From Candidatus Ornithomonoglobus intestinigallinarum (GTDB lineage: Bacteria > Bacillota > Clostridia > UBA1381), in contig DVLU01000040.1 in the NCBI GenBank assembly GCA_018715365.1, positions 17,028 to 81,027 on the forward strand: DNA of 64,000 bases, in the 5' to 3' direction. The position numbers were made by a program, and so were the translations under genes. Each line of letters starts with the position of its first letter. The first letter of the stretch is position 1. Positions 27,589 to 36,502 of the stretch are shown one piece after another. The notes below the pieces were generated by a model. That model was not told where the DNA came from and made no database searches. It saw nothing but the letters and a program-made list of their open reading frames with translations.

Positions 27589-27617
27589 ATTATACCATAA
27601 AAATATGAAAATGTCAA
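27589..27617 (-). promoter_or_regulatory. Perfect extended -10 sigma-A promoter on the minus strand, divergent from hxlR
   Basis: On the minus strand: TTGACA (27617..27612), 17-nt spacer ending in TGG, TATAAT (27594..27589). Confidence 0.6.
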
Positions 27618-27643
27618 TCAAATTTAAACGGAGCTGATAAAAA

Positions 27644-28006
27644 ATGAACCGCAAATATATATGTCCCGTCGAAACGGCGCTCGAGCTTATCGGCGGAAAA
27701 TACAAAACGCTTATATTATGGCATCTTGCCGAGGGCACGCTGCGCTTCGGCGAGCTTCAAAAAATAATAAATTCGGCAACGCCGAAAATGCTCACACGGC
27801 AGCTGAGGGAGCTTGAGCGCGACGGCCTTATATCTCGGAAGGTTTATCCCGTTGTGCCGCCGAAGGTTGAATATTCGCTGACGGAATTGGGAAGCAGCTT
27901 TATCCCCGTTATGCAGGGCATACGGAAATGGGGAGAGGAATATTTAAAAATAAAGCATATGGAGCCGAACTGCTCAATGACAAGCCGCGGCGATCGCTCT
28001 ATCTGA
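27644..28006 (+). CDS. HxlR family transcriptional regulator
   Basis: CPVETALELIGGKYKTLILWHLAEGTLRFGELQKIINSATPKMLTRQLRELERDGLISRKVYPVVPPKVEYSLTELG. Confidence 0.9.
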   Translation: MNRKYICPVETALELIGGKYKTLILWHLAEGTLRFGELQKIINSATPKMLTRQLRELERDGLISRKVYPVVPPKVEYSLTELGSSFIPVMQGIRKWGEEYLKIKHMEPNCSMTSRGDRSI

Positions 28007-30290
28007 AGGTTTTTACTTTCTTTATTTTTTCCTTATCGGCAATAACGGTAATATCGCCGTTAATATCCGTCCTGTAAACGTCTGTGCCGCTTAAATTTTC
28101 AAGCACGCGCTCGTTCGGGAAACCGTATGAATTGTCCGCACCGAGGCTTATAACGCTTATGTCGGGATCGACTGCCGACACAAACCCTGCCGACGTTGAG
28201 CTTGATGAGCCGTGGTGCGCAACCTTTAATATCTCCGCCTGCGGCACCTTGCGCTTTAATAAAAGGCTTTTTTCGGCAAAGTCCGTCATATCGCCTGTAA
28301 ACAGGCAGCCCGTTTCGCCGAACGTTACGTTTATAAGCAGCGACGTATCGTTTTCGTCATCGCTCATGCGCGTGCGCTCGTCCGGTACCGTTATGTCGGC
28401 AATCAGCCCGCCGTCAAATTTAACGCGTGTATCCTCCGTAATATAATAAATATCGGTCCCCGCCTTTTCGGCCGCTTCCTCAAGCTCAATGCGGTATTGG
28501 CTGCCGTCAAGCGAATCGGGAACGAAAAGCGCGTGAATGTCAAGCTCTTGCACGGCGGCGATTATGCCCTGTACGTGATCCTGGTGAAAATGGCTTACAA
28601 ACGCGGCGTCGATATTTGTATGGCCGTGCTTTATAAGATACGGCACAAATATTTCATGACCGGGGTCGTAATCGGAATACGACGCTCCGCCTCCGCCGTC
28701 TATGAGTATTGTATTTTTGTACGGCACGCTTACAACGGCGCCGTCGCCCTGGCCCACGTTTACAAACGTTATTTCGGCAGTATTTATGCGCGGGATTTGG
28801 GTAATCGCAAATACGGCGGCAAGCGCCGATGCGCAAATTAACGAATACCGGTATTTTTTGCCGCGCAGCTTTAAGTATACGGTAAGCGCCGCGGCGGCAA
28901 ATATCAAAACGATTAAAATATTGGGCGAGGGCAGATACACATACGAAAACGGCAGCTTTAAAATGAGCTTCGGCAAAAGCGTATACGATGAAAGCGCAAG
29001 GCTCAAAAGCTGCGAAAGCACGGGCGCTGCGCCGAAAAGCTTTATCATAAACGCGGCGGGGAAGAAGCAAATCCATATTATAATGTTTGCCGCCATATAT
29101 AAAAATACGGTCAGCATCGAATACGGCGAAAATATGTTAAAATAATATGCGGCAAGCGGCATGAGCCCGACTGAGCATATAAGCGATACGGCGGCGGTGC
29201 TTCGGATATAGCCGTTCTTTATGAATTTAAGACGTTCCTTTACGGCGTCGCCGAATATGAGCAGCATCGCGCCCGACGTTACCGACATGACAAATCCGCT
29301 GTTGTAAATAAGCAGCGGGTTTGATATAAGCATTGCTCCTATAACGGAGCAAAGTATATCGGGCCTGTACACAAATCCCGTGCGGCTGCGTATAAACACA
29401 GCGGCGGCCGCGTACAGGCAAGACTTTACAAACACGGGCTTGTCGCTGTTAAATACGCCAACGAGCAGCACGGCAGCGATAAAAATATACGTCCTGGCTT
29501 TGCGCGGCAGCTTTTCCGAAAGCAGCTCGAGAAGCAGCGAAATTACAAATATAAACAGAAACGCATAATACAAAAACCTGTAGCCGCCGCTTTTTAAAAG
29601 CTCGTCCTCAAGCTCATCGGAAATACCGCCGCGCTCTCCCGTAAGAACCGCGGCGAATACGGCGGCGTTGTCGCCCTCCGAAATATCGTAAACAAGCTTT
29701 AATATTTCATTTTTAACAGACAGCGCAAACGTACTCGGAAGATAAGAGCGGATAGGCTCGGGAGCCTCCGAAACGGTTTCGGAATAAAGCTTGTACGAGA
29801 TGCCGAGGGACTTGTAATAACGCTGCGCGTCGAAGCCGAATTCATTCATTGCCGGATTCATTGCTTTTATAAAGCCCTCCGCAGTTACGGTATCGTTAAA
29901 TTCAAATTCGGCGGGAGCTGTGATTATTATATTTTCTTTTATTTCTTCGGTGTTATCGCCGTATTTTACAGACCGTGCGTCGATTACGTATCTGAAATTA
30001 TCGCCGGAACGCTCCGGAAGCTCCGCTATCCTGCCGGTAACGGTGCAGTATCTGTCAATATAGCCGTCAAGCTCTCCGCCGGCAACTGCCGCGCCGTAGG
30101 AAATAACGCCTATGCAGAACGAAACGGCTGCAAACAGCAGCGTTAAATTTATGCGCTTTTTAAAAACGAGCTTCATAACGGCGCAAAACGATACAAGCGC
30201 AAAAAGGGCGCATACGGCAAAAAAGCTGCCGGTATGCTCCCATGCAAAAAATCCGATAATAAGTCCCGCAAGTGAAACGATAAACGTCAT
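27999..30290 (-). CDS. comEC: DNA internalisation competence protein ComEC/Rec2
   Basis: Polytopic N-terminal and central region plus a C-terminal metallo-beta-lactamase domain (FVNVGQGDGAVV, SHFHQDHVQG, KVAHHGSSSS). Confidence 0.9.
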   Translation of the reverse strand: MTFIVSLAGLIIGFFAWEHTGSFFAVCALFALVSFCAVMKLVFKKRINLTLLFAAVSFCIGVISYGAAVAGGELDGYIDRYCTVTGRIAELPERSGDNFRYVIDARSVKYGDNTEEIKENIIITAPAEFEFNDTVTAEGFIKAMNPAMNEFGFDAQRYYKSLGISYKLYSETVSEAPEPIRSYLPSTFALSVKNEILKLVYDISEGDNAAVFAAVLTGERGGISDELEDELLKSGGYRFLYYAFLFIFVISLLLELLSEKLPRKARTYIFIAAVLLVGVFNSDKPVFVKSCLYAAAAVFIRSRTGFVYRPDILCSVIGAMLISNPLLIYNSGFVMSVTSGAMLLIFGDAVKERLKFIKNGYIRSTAAVSLICSVGLMPLAAYYFNIFSPYSMLTVFLYMAANIIIWICFFPAAFMIKLFGAAPVLSQLLSLALSSYTLLPKLILKLPFSYVYLPSPNILIVLIFAAAALTVYLKLRGKKYRYSLICASALAAVFAITQIPRINTAEITFVNVGQGDGAVVSVPYKNTILIDGGGGASYSDYDPGHEIFVPYLIKHGHTNIDAAFVSHFHQDHVQGIIAAVQELDIHALFVPDSLDGSQYRIELEEAAEKAGTDIYYITEDTRVKFDGGLIADITVPDERTRMSDDENDTSLLINVTFGETGCLFTGDMTDFAEKSLLLKRKVPQAEILKVAHHGSSSSTSAGFVSAVDPDISVISLGADNSYGFPNERVLENLSGTDVYRTDINGDITVIADKEKIKKVKTFR

Positions 30291-30321
30291 AGCCGTCCTC
30301 TTTCAGCCCCGATTTGTAAAA

Positions 30322-31320
30322 CTACCTGTAGGCCCTGTAGCCGATAAGCTCAATATCGCTTGAAATATAACATTCACGCGGCTCAAATTCCGACGCGTAA
30401 TCGGTCGAAAGGTATTTTTTGTTGTCATCGGCAAACACCGTTACTATATTTGCTTTTTCGCCGAGCATTTCCTGAGCCTTAACTGCGCCGAGGAAGTTTG
30501 CGCCCGATGATATTCCGACGCCTATGCCGAGCCTGCGCGACAGCATCTGCGCCATGATTATCGAATCTATATCGTCAACCGAAACAACGTCGTCAAGCTC
30601 GTCGAGCCTGCAAATGCTCGGCACAAATTCGTCGCTTATGCCGGCTATCCTGTGGCTGCCCGTTTTATAGCCCGTCGAAAGCGTGGGGGAATTCAGCGGC
30701 TCGAGCGGATATGCGCGGCAATTCGGATTTACGGACTTAAACGACTTTGAAAGCCCCATTATTGTACCGCCCGTGCCCACTCCGGCAACAACGCCGTCGG
30801 GGACAACGCCTATATCGGAGAGCTGGCGGAGTATTTCCCTGCCCGTGTCTTCTATATGCGCAAGGACGTTGTCGTAATTTGAAAACTGTCCCGGCAAAAA
30901 CGCTCCGCGCTCCCTTGCAAGCTCCTCCGACATCGCTATGGAACCGAGGAAGCCGCCCTCCTCGCGGGAAACAAGACAGACCTCAGCCCCGAAGCTTTTC
31001 ATAAGGTTTATGCGCTCAACGCTCATCCAGTCGGGCATAAACACAACCATGGGATGACCGAGATACGCCGCCATTGCCGAAAATGCAATGCCAGTATTGC
31101 CGCTTGTCGCTTCGGCTATCGTATCGCCGGGCTTTATTGCGCCCGTTTCGTAAGCGCGCTTCATTATGTAATAAGCCACGCGGTCCTTTACAGAGCCGCT
31201 CAGGTTATAATATTCGGCCTTTGCAAACAGGCGGCGGACGCTGCCTTTATATTTGAATTCTATCTCCAGCAGCGGAGTTTCGGAAATCATTTTTCTTATT
31301 TTTTCAAATTTATCTGTCAA
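30322..31320 (-). CDS. PLP-dependent cysteine synthase family protein
   Basis: PLP-lysine motif LSGSVKDRVA and TSGNTGIA loop. TTG start at 31320 with AAAGGGG upstream; an internal ATG 10 codons downstream is an alternative start. Confidence 0.8.
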   Translation of the reverse strand: MTDKFEKIRKMISETPLLEIEFKYKGSVRRLFAKAEYYNLSGSVKDRVAYYIMKRAYETGAIKPGDTIAEATSGNTGIAFSAMAAYLGHPMVVFMPDWMSVERINLMKSFGAEVCLVSREEGGFLGSIAMSEELARERGAFLPGQFSNYDNVLAHIEDTGREILRQLSDIGVVPDGVVAGVGTGGTIMGLSKSFKSVNPNCRAYPLEPLNSPTLSTGYKTGSHRIAGISDEFVPSICRLDELDDVVSVDDIDSIIMAQMLSRRLGIGVGISSGANFLGAVKAQEMLGEKANIVTVFADDNKKYLSTDYASEFEPRECYISSDIELIGYRAYR

Positions 31321-31385
31321 AACAAAAACCCCTTTGTTGCGGAATAAATTTATCCAACCAATATATTTTACTACCTTTTTGCCGT

Positions 31386-32681
31386 TTAGTCAATGATTTT
31401 TCCGATAATTACCCCGTTTTTTGCTTCAAGAAGCTTTACATTGCGGAATTTTCCAGATAAATTTTCGTCCGACGGCGCATGCACCGTAATATAATTTGCT
31501 GTTTTCCCCTCAAACAGCCCGCCGCGGACGCGCTGCTCAAAAAGCACCTCCATGGTGCGCCCTATGTGCGCGCCGAGAAACTTATCGCGTGATTTCTCCG
31601 TTTCGGCAATTATTATTTTTGAACGCCTTTCCTTTATTTCCGGCGGTATCTGACCGGGCATTTCGGCGGCCGGAGTGCCGCGGCGGCGCGAATACTGGAA
31701 AACGTGAGCGCCCGCAAATTCAACGGCCCTTACAAATTCAAGCGTTTTTTCGAATTCCTCGTCGGTTTCTCCCGGGAAGCCGACCATTATATCCGTTGTC
31801 AGCGCGCAGTCGGGGAACGCCTCCCTCAGGCCGCGGGCAATTTCCATGTATTGCTCCGCCGTGTATTTTCTGTTCATGCGCTTAAGCGTTTCCGTACAGC
31901 CCGACTGCAGCGAAATATGAAAATGAGGGCACAGCTTTTTTGAAGCCTTTATTTTTTCGATAAAGGACGAATTGAGCGTCATCGGCTCGATGGACGAAAG
32001 CCGCAGCCTGCGTATTCCGTCTGTCTTGTCGGCCTTAACGAGCAGCTGCTCAAGCGATGTGTTTTTTAGGTCAAGGCCGTATGACGCAACGTGTATGCCG
32101 GTAAGGATAATTTCGGCAAAGCCGTTTTCGGCAAGCTCCCGCATTTCCGCGAGCACCTCGTCCTCCGGACGGCTCCTTATAGGACCCCTTGCATACGGGA
32201 TTATGCAGTATGAGCAGAACTGGCTGCAGCCCTCCTGTATTTTGATAAACGCGCGCGTGCGGTCCTCGTACTTTGTTATGCGAAGCTCCTCAAAATCGTG
32301 GTTGTGCATTATATCGCCGACAAGATTAAGCTTTGACGAGCTGTCAAGCCCCTCTGCGAGCTTGACTATTTCTGTCCGCCCCTTTGTCCCGAGAACAAGA
32401 TTCACGCCGTCGATCGCCAGCACCTCCTCGGCAGCCGTCTGTGCGTAGCAGCCCGTTACGATAACAACGGCGCCGCTGTTATGCTTCCGCGCACGGCGTA
32501 TCATTTGGCGCGATTTTCTGTCGCCGATATTTGTGACGGAACAGGTGTTTATAACGTAAACGTCGGCTTTTTCGTCAAACGGCACCGTTTCATAGCCCGA
32601 CGAGGCAAAAAGCTCCGTTATGGCTTCTGTTTCGTATTGATTTACCTTGCAGCCCAAAGTGCAGAAGGCCGCCTTCTTCAT
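31386..32681 (-). CDS. mtaB: tRNA (t6A37) methylthiotransferase MtaB (radical SAM)
   Basis: MKKAAFCTLGCKVNQYETEAI, radical-SAM CSQFCSYC motif, C-terminal TRAM-like domain. The start could instead be the ATG at 32693. Confidence 0.85.
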   Translation of the reverse strand: MKKAAFCTLGCKVNQYETEAITELFASSGYETVPFDEKADVYVINTCSVTNIGDRKSRQMIRRARKHNSGAVVIVTGCYAQTAAEEVLAIDGVNLVLGTKGRTEIVKLAEGLDSSSKLNLVGDIMHNHDFEELRITKYEDRTRAFIKIQEGCSQFCSYCIIPYARGPIRSRPEDEVLAEMRELAENGFAEIILTGIHVASYGLDLKNTSLEQLLVKADKTDGIRRLRLSSIEPMTLNSSFIEKIKASKKLCPHFHISLQSGCTETLKRMNRKYTAEQYMEIARGLREAFPDCALTTDIMVGFPGETDEEFEKTLEFVRAVEFAGAHVFQYSRRRGTPAAEMPGQIPPEIKERRSKIIIAETEKSRDKFLGAHIGRTMEVLFEQRVRGGLFEGKTANYITVHAPSDENLSGKFRNVKLLEAKNGVIIGKIID

Positions 32682-32939
32682 TATATGCTCCATATAAAAA
32701 ATTGTTCCTTTCGCGCAAAGCTCCCGCGCACGCGCAAAAGGAAACGCACGTCCGCAAAAACTTAACTATATTTAACAATTTGCTTTTTTGTTTGTTAGCA
32801 CTATTATATAAAATTTTTTTCTAAATTGCAATAGGTCTTGACTAATTCAAAAAAAAGATGTATTATATATGTATAGTCATTTATGTGGGAATGGCTGAAA
32901 TCTAATAAGTGATAAAACCGCAAAAGGAGGATTTTATTT

Positions 32940-33170
32940 ATGAAGACATTTAACCTGCTGTTAAGCTCAATCAATGATGTAAAAGATTTTGTGAACATTG
33001 TAAGCAATTACGATTTTGACGTTGACCTCACATCGGGAAGATATGTTGTTGATGCAAAGTCGATAATGGGTATATTCAGCCTTGACCTTTCAAAGCCTAT
33101 AAAAGTTGAGGTTCACTCGGATGACTGCGATGACTTCATGAATGAGCTTTCAAAGTTTATCGTTCAGTAA
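32940..33170 (+). CDS. HPr-like small protein lacking the His15 region
   Basis: VDAKSIMGIFSLDLSKPIKVEVHSDD aligns with the HPr core ([24 protein letters not shown]). The N-terminus has no GxHARPA phosphorylation loop. RBS AAAAGGAGG. Confidence 0.6.
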   Translation: MKTFNLLLSSINDVKDFVNIVSNYDFDVDLTSGRYVVDAKSIMGIFSLDLSKPIKVEVHSDDCDDFMNELSKFIVQ

Positions 33171-33222
33171 ATTATAATATTGTACTTAATCAAAGAAAAA
33201 ACGCATAGGGTTGTTTGATTTT

Positions 33223-33265
33223 GGCACAGACCGATAAGCAGTAGATCTGTTTATCGGTCCGTGCC
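33223..33265. terminator. Bidirectional stem-loop between convergent genes
   Basis: ggcacagaccgataa-N12-ttatcggtccgtgcc. Confidence 0.6.
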
Positions 33266-33283
33266 GGAAGCGACAGCCCTTTT

Positions 33284-34024
33284 TTATTTCCCTTGCTGCC
33301 TTATCCGTGCAAGCGAAAGGCTTCTTAAGTGCTCAAAATCCCTACGCTCCTTTTCGCCCGGAATACGCACGGCGGCGGAAAAGCCTATAACGTCAGCGGC
33401 TCCGGCACGTTTAAGCGCCGCGGCGCACGTCCGCATTGTTATGCCGGTGGTGTATACGTCGTCGGCAATTATGATTTTCTTATCCGTCAAGTCGTTTACG
33501 GCCTCGAAGGCGTTTATTATATTTGTACGCCGCTCGAGTGCGGTAAGGTCGCTTTGGCGGCGTGTGTTGCGCGTTCTCACAAGCGTGCACGTGTCAACCG
33601 GAACGGAAACGGCGCGTGAAATTGCCCTTGCTATTATTTCGGCCTGGTTAAAGCCTCGGTCGTTCATGCGCTCCCTTGAGAGCGGGACGGGGATTATCGC
33701 GTCAAATTCTTTAAGATGCGGATATGCTGCGGCAAAATCTTCAATAAGCCGCGCCAAAATATCGCCGTTCTTGAAATCGGAGCGGAATTTGAAATTGCGG
33801 AGCACCGTTACGATTGCGCCGGAATATTCAAACGGCGAAAGCAAATACGAAACGGGAGAGAGCGCCTCAAAGCTCTGGCCGCGCCGCGTCCGCTTTAGAT
33901 TTTCGGAACATTCCGAGCAAAGGCCCGCCGCTCCGTCTGTTATGAAAAAATCTCCGCGCCGCTTCTTTCTGCCGCACCCGATACATACCGCATGCGACGC
34001 AAACAGTAAATCAAATATACGCAT
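33284..34024 (-). CDS. comFC: ComF family protein (ComFC, phosphoribosyltransferase-like)
   Basis: N-terminal Cys pairs (CIGCG ... CSEC) and PRTase motif KIIIADDVYTTGITM. Confidence 0.85.
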   Translation of the reverse strand: MRIFDLLFASHAVCIGCGRKKRRGDFFITDGAAGLCSECSENLKRTRRGQSFEALSPVSYLLSPFEYSGAIVTVLRNFKFRSDFKNGDILARLIEDFAAAYPHLKEFDAIIPVPLSRERMNDRGFNQAEIIARAISRAVSVPVDTCTLVRTRNTRRQSDLTALERRTNIINAFEAVNDLTDKKIIIADDVYTTGITMRTCAAALKRAGAADVIGFSAAVRIPGEKERRDFEHLRSLSLARIRQQGK

Positions 34025-34044
34025 TTCCCACGCTGTCCTTTATG

Positions 34045-34428
34045 TTATCTGCAAACTTTGTCTATAAGTGCGTTTTTAAGTGTTTCGGAAAAATTTATAT
34101 TTGAGCGCATTGCGCGTTCGTTCAGCCAATTCGGAATCGTAAGCGTTTTTTTGACAGCTTTCGTATCGTTCATATATTTATTCAAATCGCAGTATATGAC
34201 CATTACAAAACTGTTTTTGCCGGTTGCGGATATATTATTTGCTTTTGTGGCTTCAGGTAATTTAAGCCCGCGTTCGAGTACGGACTCTGCATATAAGCCG
34301 AGAGCTTCGCCCGCTTGGGCAACGCATTCCTCAAGATTTTCGCCGTATGTCTGGCAGCCGGGCAGATCCGGAAATTCCGCCCAAACTCCGTCGGTGTCTT
34401 CGTGAAAAACAGCGGGATAAAACAACAT
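34045..34428 (-). CDS. hicB: Type II antitoxin HicB
   Basis: FHEDTDGVWAEFPDLPGCQTYGENLEECVAQAGEALGLY plus a C-terminal RHH-like tail. RBS GAGGAG. Confidence 0.85.
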   Translation of the reverse strand: MLFYPAVFHEDTDGVWAEFPDLPGCQTYGENLEECVAQAGEALGLYAESVLERGLKLPEATKANNISATGKNSFVMVIYCDLNKYMNDTKAVKKTLTIPNWLNERAMRSNINFSETLKNALIDKVCR

Positions 34429-34452
34429 AACAATCTCCTCCTTAAAAAGCGG

Positions 34453-34629
34453 CTATTTAAGCCCTGTTCGTTTTAATATGGCATTAAGCAACCCTGCCGG
34501 AACGTCTTTGCCGTGTACGGGAATCACCTCGGTTTGATTGCCTTTTACCATAACATGGTAACTGCCGCGAATACGGTCTACAGTCCAGCCGTTGCTTTTT
34601 AAAAGCTTTATTAAATCTTTGTCCTTCAT
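34453..34629 (-). CDS. hicA: Type II toxin HicA (mRNA interferase), 58 aa, absent from the ORF track
   Basis: Own translation: MKDKDLIKLLKSNGWTVDRIRGSYHVMVKGNQTEVIPVHGKDVPAGLLNAILKRTGLK, which fits the HicA/YcfA pattern. RBS GAAGGGG. Located 24 nt upstream of hicB. Confidence 0.85.
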   Translation of the reverse strand: MKDKDLIKLLKSNGWTVDRIRGSYHVMVKGNQTEVIPVHGKDVPAGLLNAILKRTGLK

Positions 34630-34650
34630 CGGAAGCGCCCCTTCTCAATT

Positions 34651-34679
34651 ATTATAACACGTACAGCACGTATTGTCAA
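34651..34679 (-). promoter_or_regulatory. Consensus sigma-A promoter of hicAB
   Basis: On the minus strand: TTGACA (34679..34674), 17-nt spacer ending in TGT, TATAAT (34656..34651). The plus strand shows the direct repeat cacgta twice (34658..34663 and 34667..34672) inside the spacer. Confidence 0.65.
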
Positions 34680-34853
34680 CGTATTTTTTTGACCGCACGG
34701 CTCTTTGTTTGCCGTCCTTTTTTATTTTATATTAACATGTACAATATAATATTTCAATAAAAATATCAATATTTCATGAAATTTTATGTATAGCACTGTA
34801 AATATACCACATATGAGGCGAAGAAAACCGAAAAAAGAAAAAATAAAAAATAC

Positions 34854-34882
34854 TTGCATAAAACTACATCATATGGTATAAT
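34854..34882 (+). promoter_or_regulatory. Sigma-A promoter (extended -10)
   Basis: TTGCAT (34854..34859), 17-nt spacer ending in TGG, TATAAT (34877..34882). Confidence 0.6.
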
Positions 34883-34917
34883 TATTATACAATAAATTCA
34901 TACAGGAGGATACGCAT

Positions 34918-36348
34918 ATGAAAAGAACAATTTTGGCGGCAATCATGCTTGCAATGACCGTTGTCTGCGCCGGATTTTCGGCTGCTGCGGCGGAGCAGAT
35001 CGTGCTTGACGCAAGCGCGGAGTACACAAGCGGCGGTCTTGAAATTACGGCAACGGCAAATAACGGCACTGATGAAGCAAAAGACTGTACGATGTATTTC
35101 TGCGTCTTTGAGGACGATGTGCTCCGTGCCGTGCGCATGAGCGAGCAGACCGTTCCGGCAGGAACGTCGAGCGTTACGGAAACGATTTCAATGGCGCAGC
35201 CGTCCGAGGGACAGTCGTTCGACATCAAGGTGTTTATGTGGGATGATTATCAAGACAATTCATGTATTGACGGTAGATATGATTTAATCGATAGAATTAT
35301 CGCTTATTCGCTTAATTCCTCCGAAGAATTAACTGTAAAATCCTATGACTTCACGGTACGGCTGGAGGAAGGTACATACGATATAAACAATTCAACACTC
35401 GGCAGGGTAAAGATTGACGAAAATACACGATTGTTAGATATTTCGTCATGCTGGAATGAAGACGAACAAAAATTTAATTCGGGAAGTAATGCCGGTACAG
35501 TTTCCTTTGATATGCTGATACCCGGTCAAACGTATGGGCTGACAGTAATACAGCCCGGTATGCTCTCTGCGTCACCGTTTGTTTTAATTTCGTCCGGTTT
35601 CAGCGGAGTGGGACGCATGGCGATAATCAAGGATACGTATAGCGCGTATGACGCCGAATCGGGCTCTATCATAACATGCTTTGACGTAATTGAAAACTCA
35701 GAGGAAAAGACGCTGAAGTGCGTGGATACTTCGTATTACGCAAGTGTCGGCGATGCTGTTTTGTATACACTTGACAATGACGGATATGGAGACTTGATAT
35801 ATGAAATTTCGAATGTCGATATGAGAGGCAAAGACAGATTTGAATATTTGAGCGGTATATACAATAACGGAATAATCAGCAGCGATTTGTGGGAGCTCGG
35901 AATGTATGATGAATTTATATTTGCTCCCGTAATAGACTGCGATGAAAACGGCATAACCGTCGGCAGCGTCGCTTACGGCTCGGAAATCGGAGACAAGGAG
36001 CTTACAAGCGGTAAGGCGGCATATTATGTTGACAGTACGCAGACGTATGAATACGATGATAACATATGCGCATACGCTATGTATGACAACAATTTCAGAC
36101 CTATGTTTGCGATAAACGCCATAGAACCGCAGGAGGTTGCAAAATCCGTTATTGCTCCGCCCTCGGAAAACACGGCGTCATATCTTGATGCGGCGGGCAA
36201 ATATATAAACCTCGGCATGGAGGACATTGACGAGCAGCCGAACCGTATACATTTTGCGCTGCTCGGAATCCGCGGCGGCGCCGTAATTGACGTTTATTCC
36301 ATAAAAATGAGAGATGACGATATTTTCAGCTATTTTACAGGACAGTAA
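34918..36348 (+). CDS. Secreted protein of unknown function (compositionally mosaic)
   Basis: Signal peptide MKRTILAAIMLAMTVVCAGFSAAAAEQ. RBS AGGAGGA. No recognisable motif. Confidence 0.7.
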   Translation: MKRTILAAIMLAMTVVCAGFSAAAAEQIVLDASAEYTSGGLEITATANNGTDEAKDCTMYFCVFEDDVLRAVRMSEQTVPAGTSSVTETISMAQPSEGQSFDIKVFMWDDYQDNSCIDGRYDLIDRIIAYSLNSSEELTVKSYDFTVRLEEGTYDINNSTLGRVKIDENTRLLDISSCWNEDEQKFNSGSNAGTVSFDMLIPGQTYGLTVIQPGMLSASPFVLISSGFSGVGRMAIIKDTYSAYDAESGSIITCFDVIENSEEKTLKCVDTSYYASVGDAVLYTLDNDGYGDLIYEISNVDMRGKDRFEYLSGIYNNGIISSDLWELGMYDEFIFAPVIDCDENGITVGSVAYGSEIGDKELTSGKAAYYVDSTQTYEYDDNICAYAMYDNNFRPMFAINAIEPQEVAKSVIAPPSENTASYLDAAGKYINLGMEDIDEQPNRIHFALLGIRGGAVIDVYSIKMRDDDIFSYFTGQ

Positions 36349-36382
36349 AGCAAAGGCCCCGCTTCGGCGGGGCTTTTGCTTT
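36347..36382 (+). terminator. Intrinsic terminator
   Basis: aaagcaaaggccccgc-ttcg-gcggggcttttgcttt. Confidence 0.8.
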
Positions 36383-36502
36383 ATCCTCTGACGCACCCCC
36401 ATTATATTAAAAATGTTAATTTTCTGTAACAAAGCTTGATAAATTTCGCAAATGATATTATAATATAGTTTGCGGATAACGAGGAAAGGAAAAATATGCA
36501 AT

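Noticed and set aside
33261-34067. 268-aa plus-strand ORF covering the whole comFC region.
   Set aside because: It is antisense to a well-supported ComF-family gene (Cys pairs plus the PRTase motif). It is rich in Ser/Arg/Ala, has no RBS and no recognisable motif, so it is a shadow ORF.
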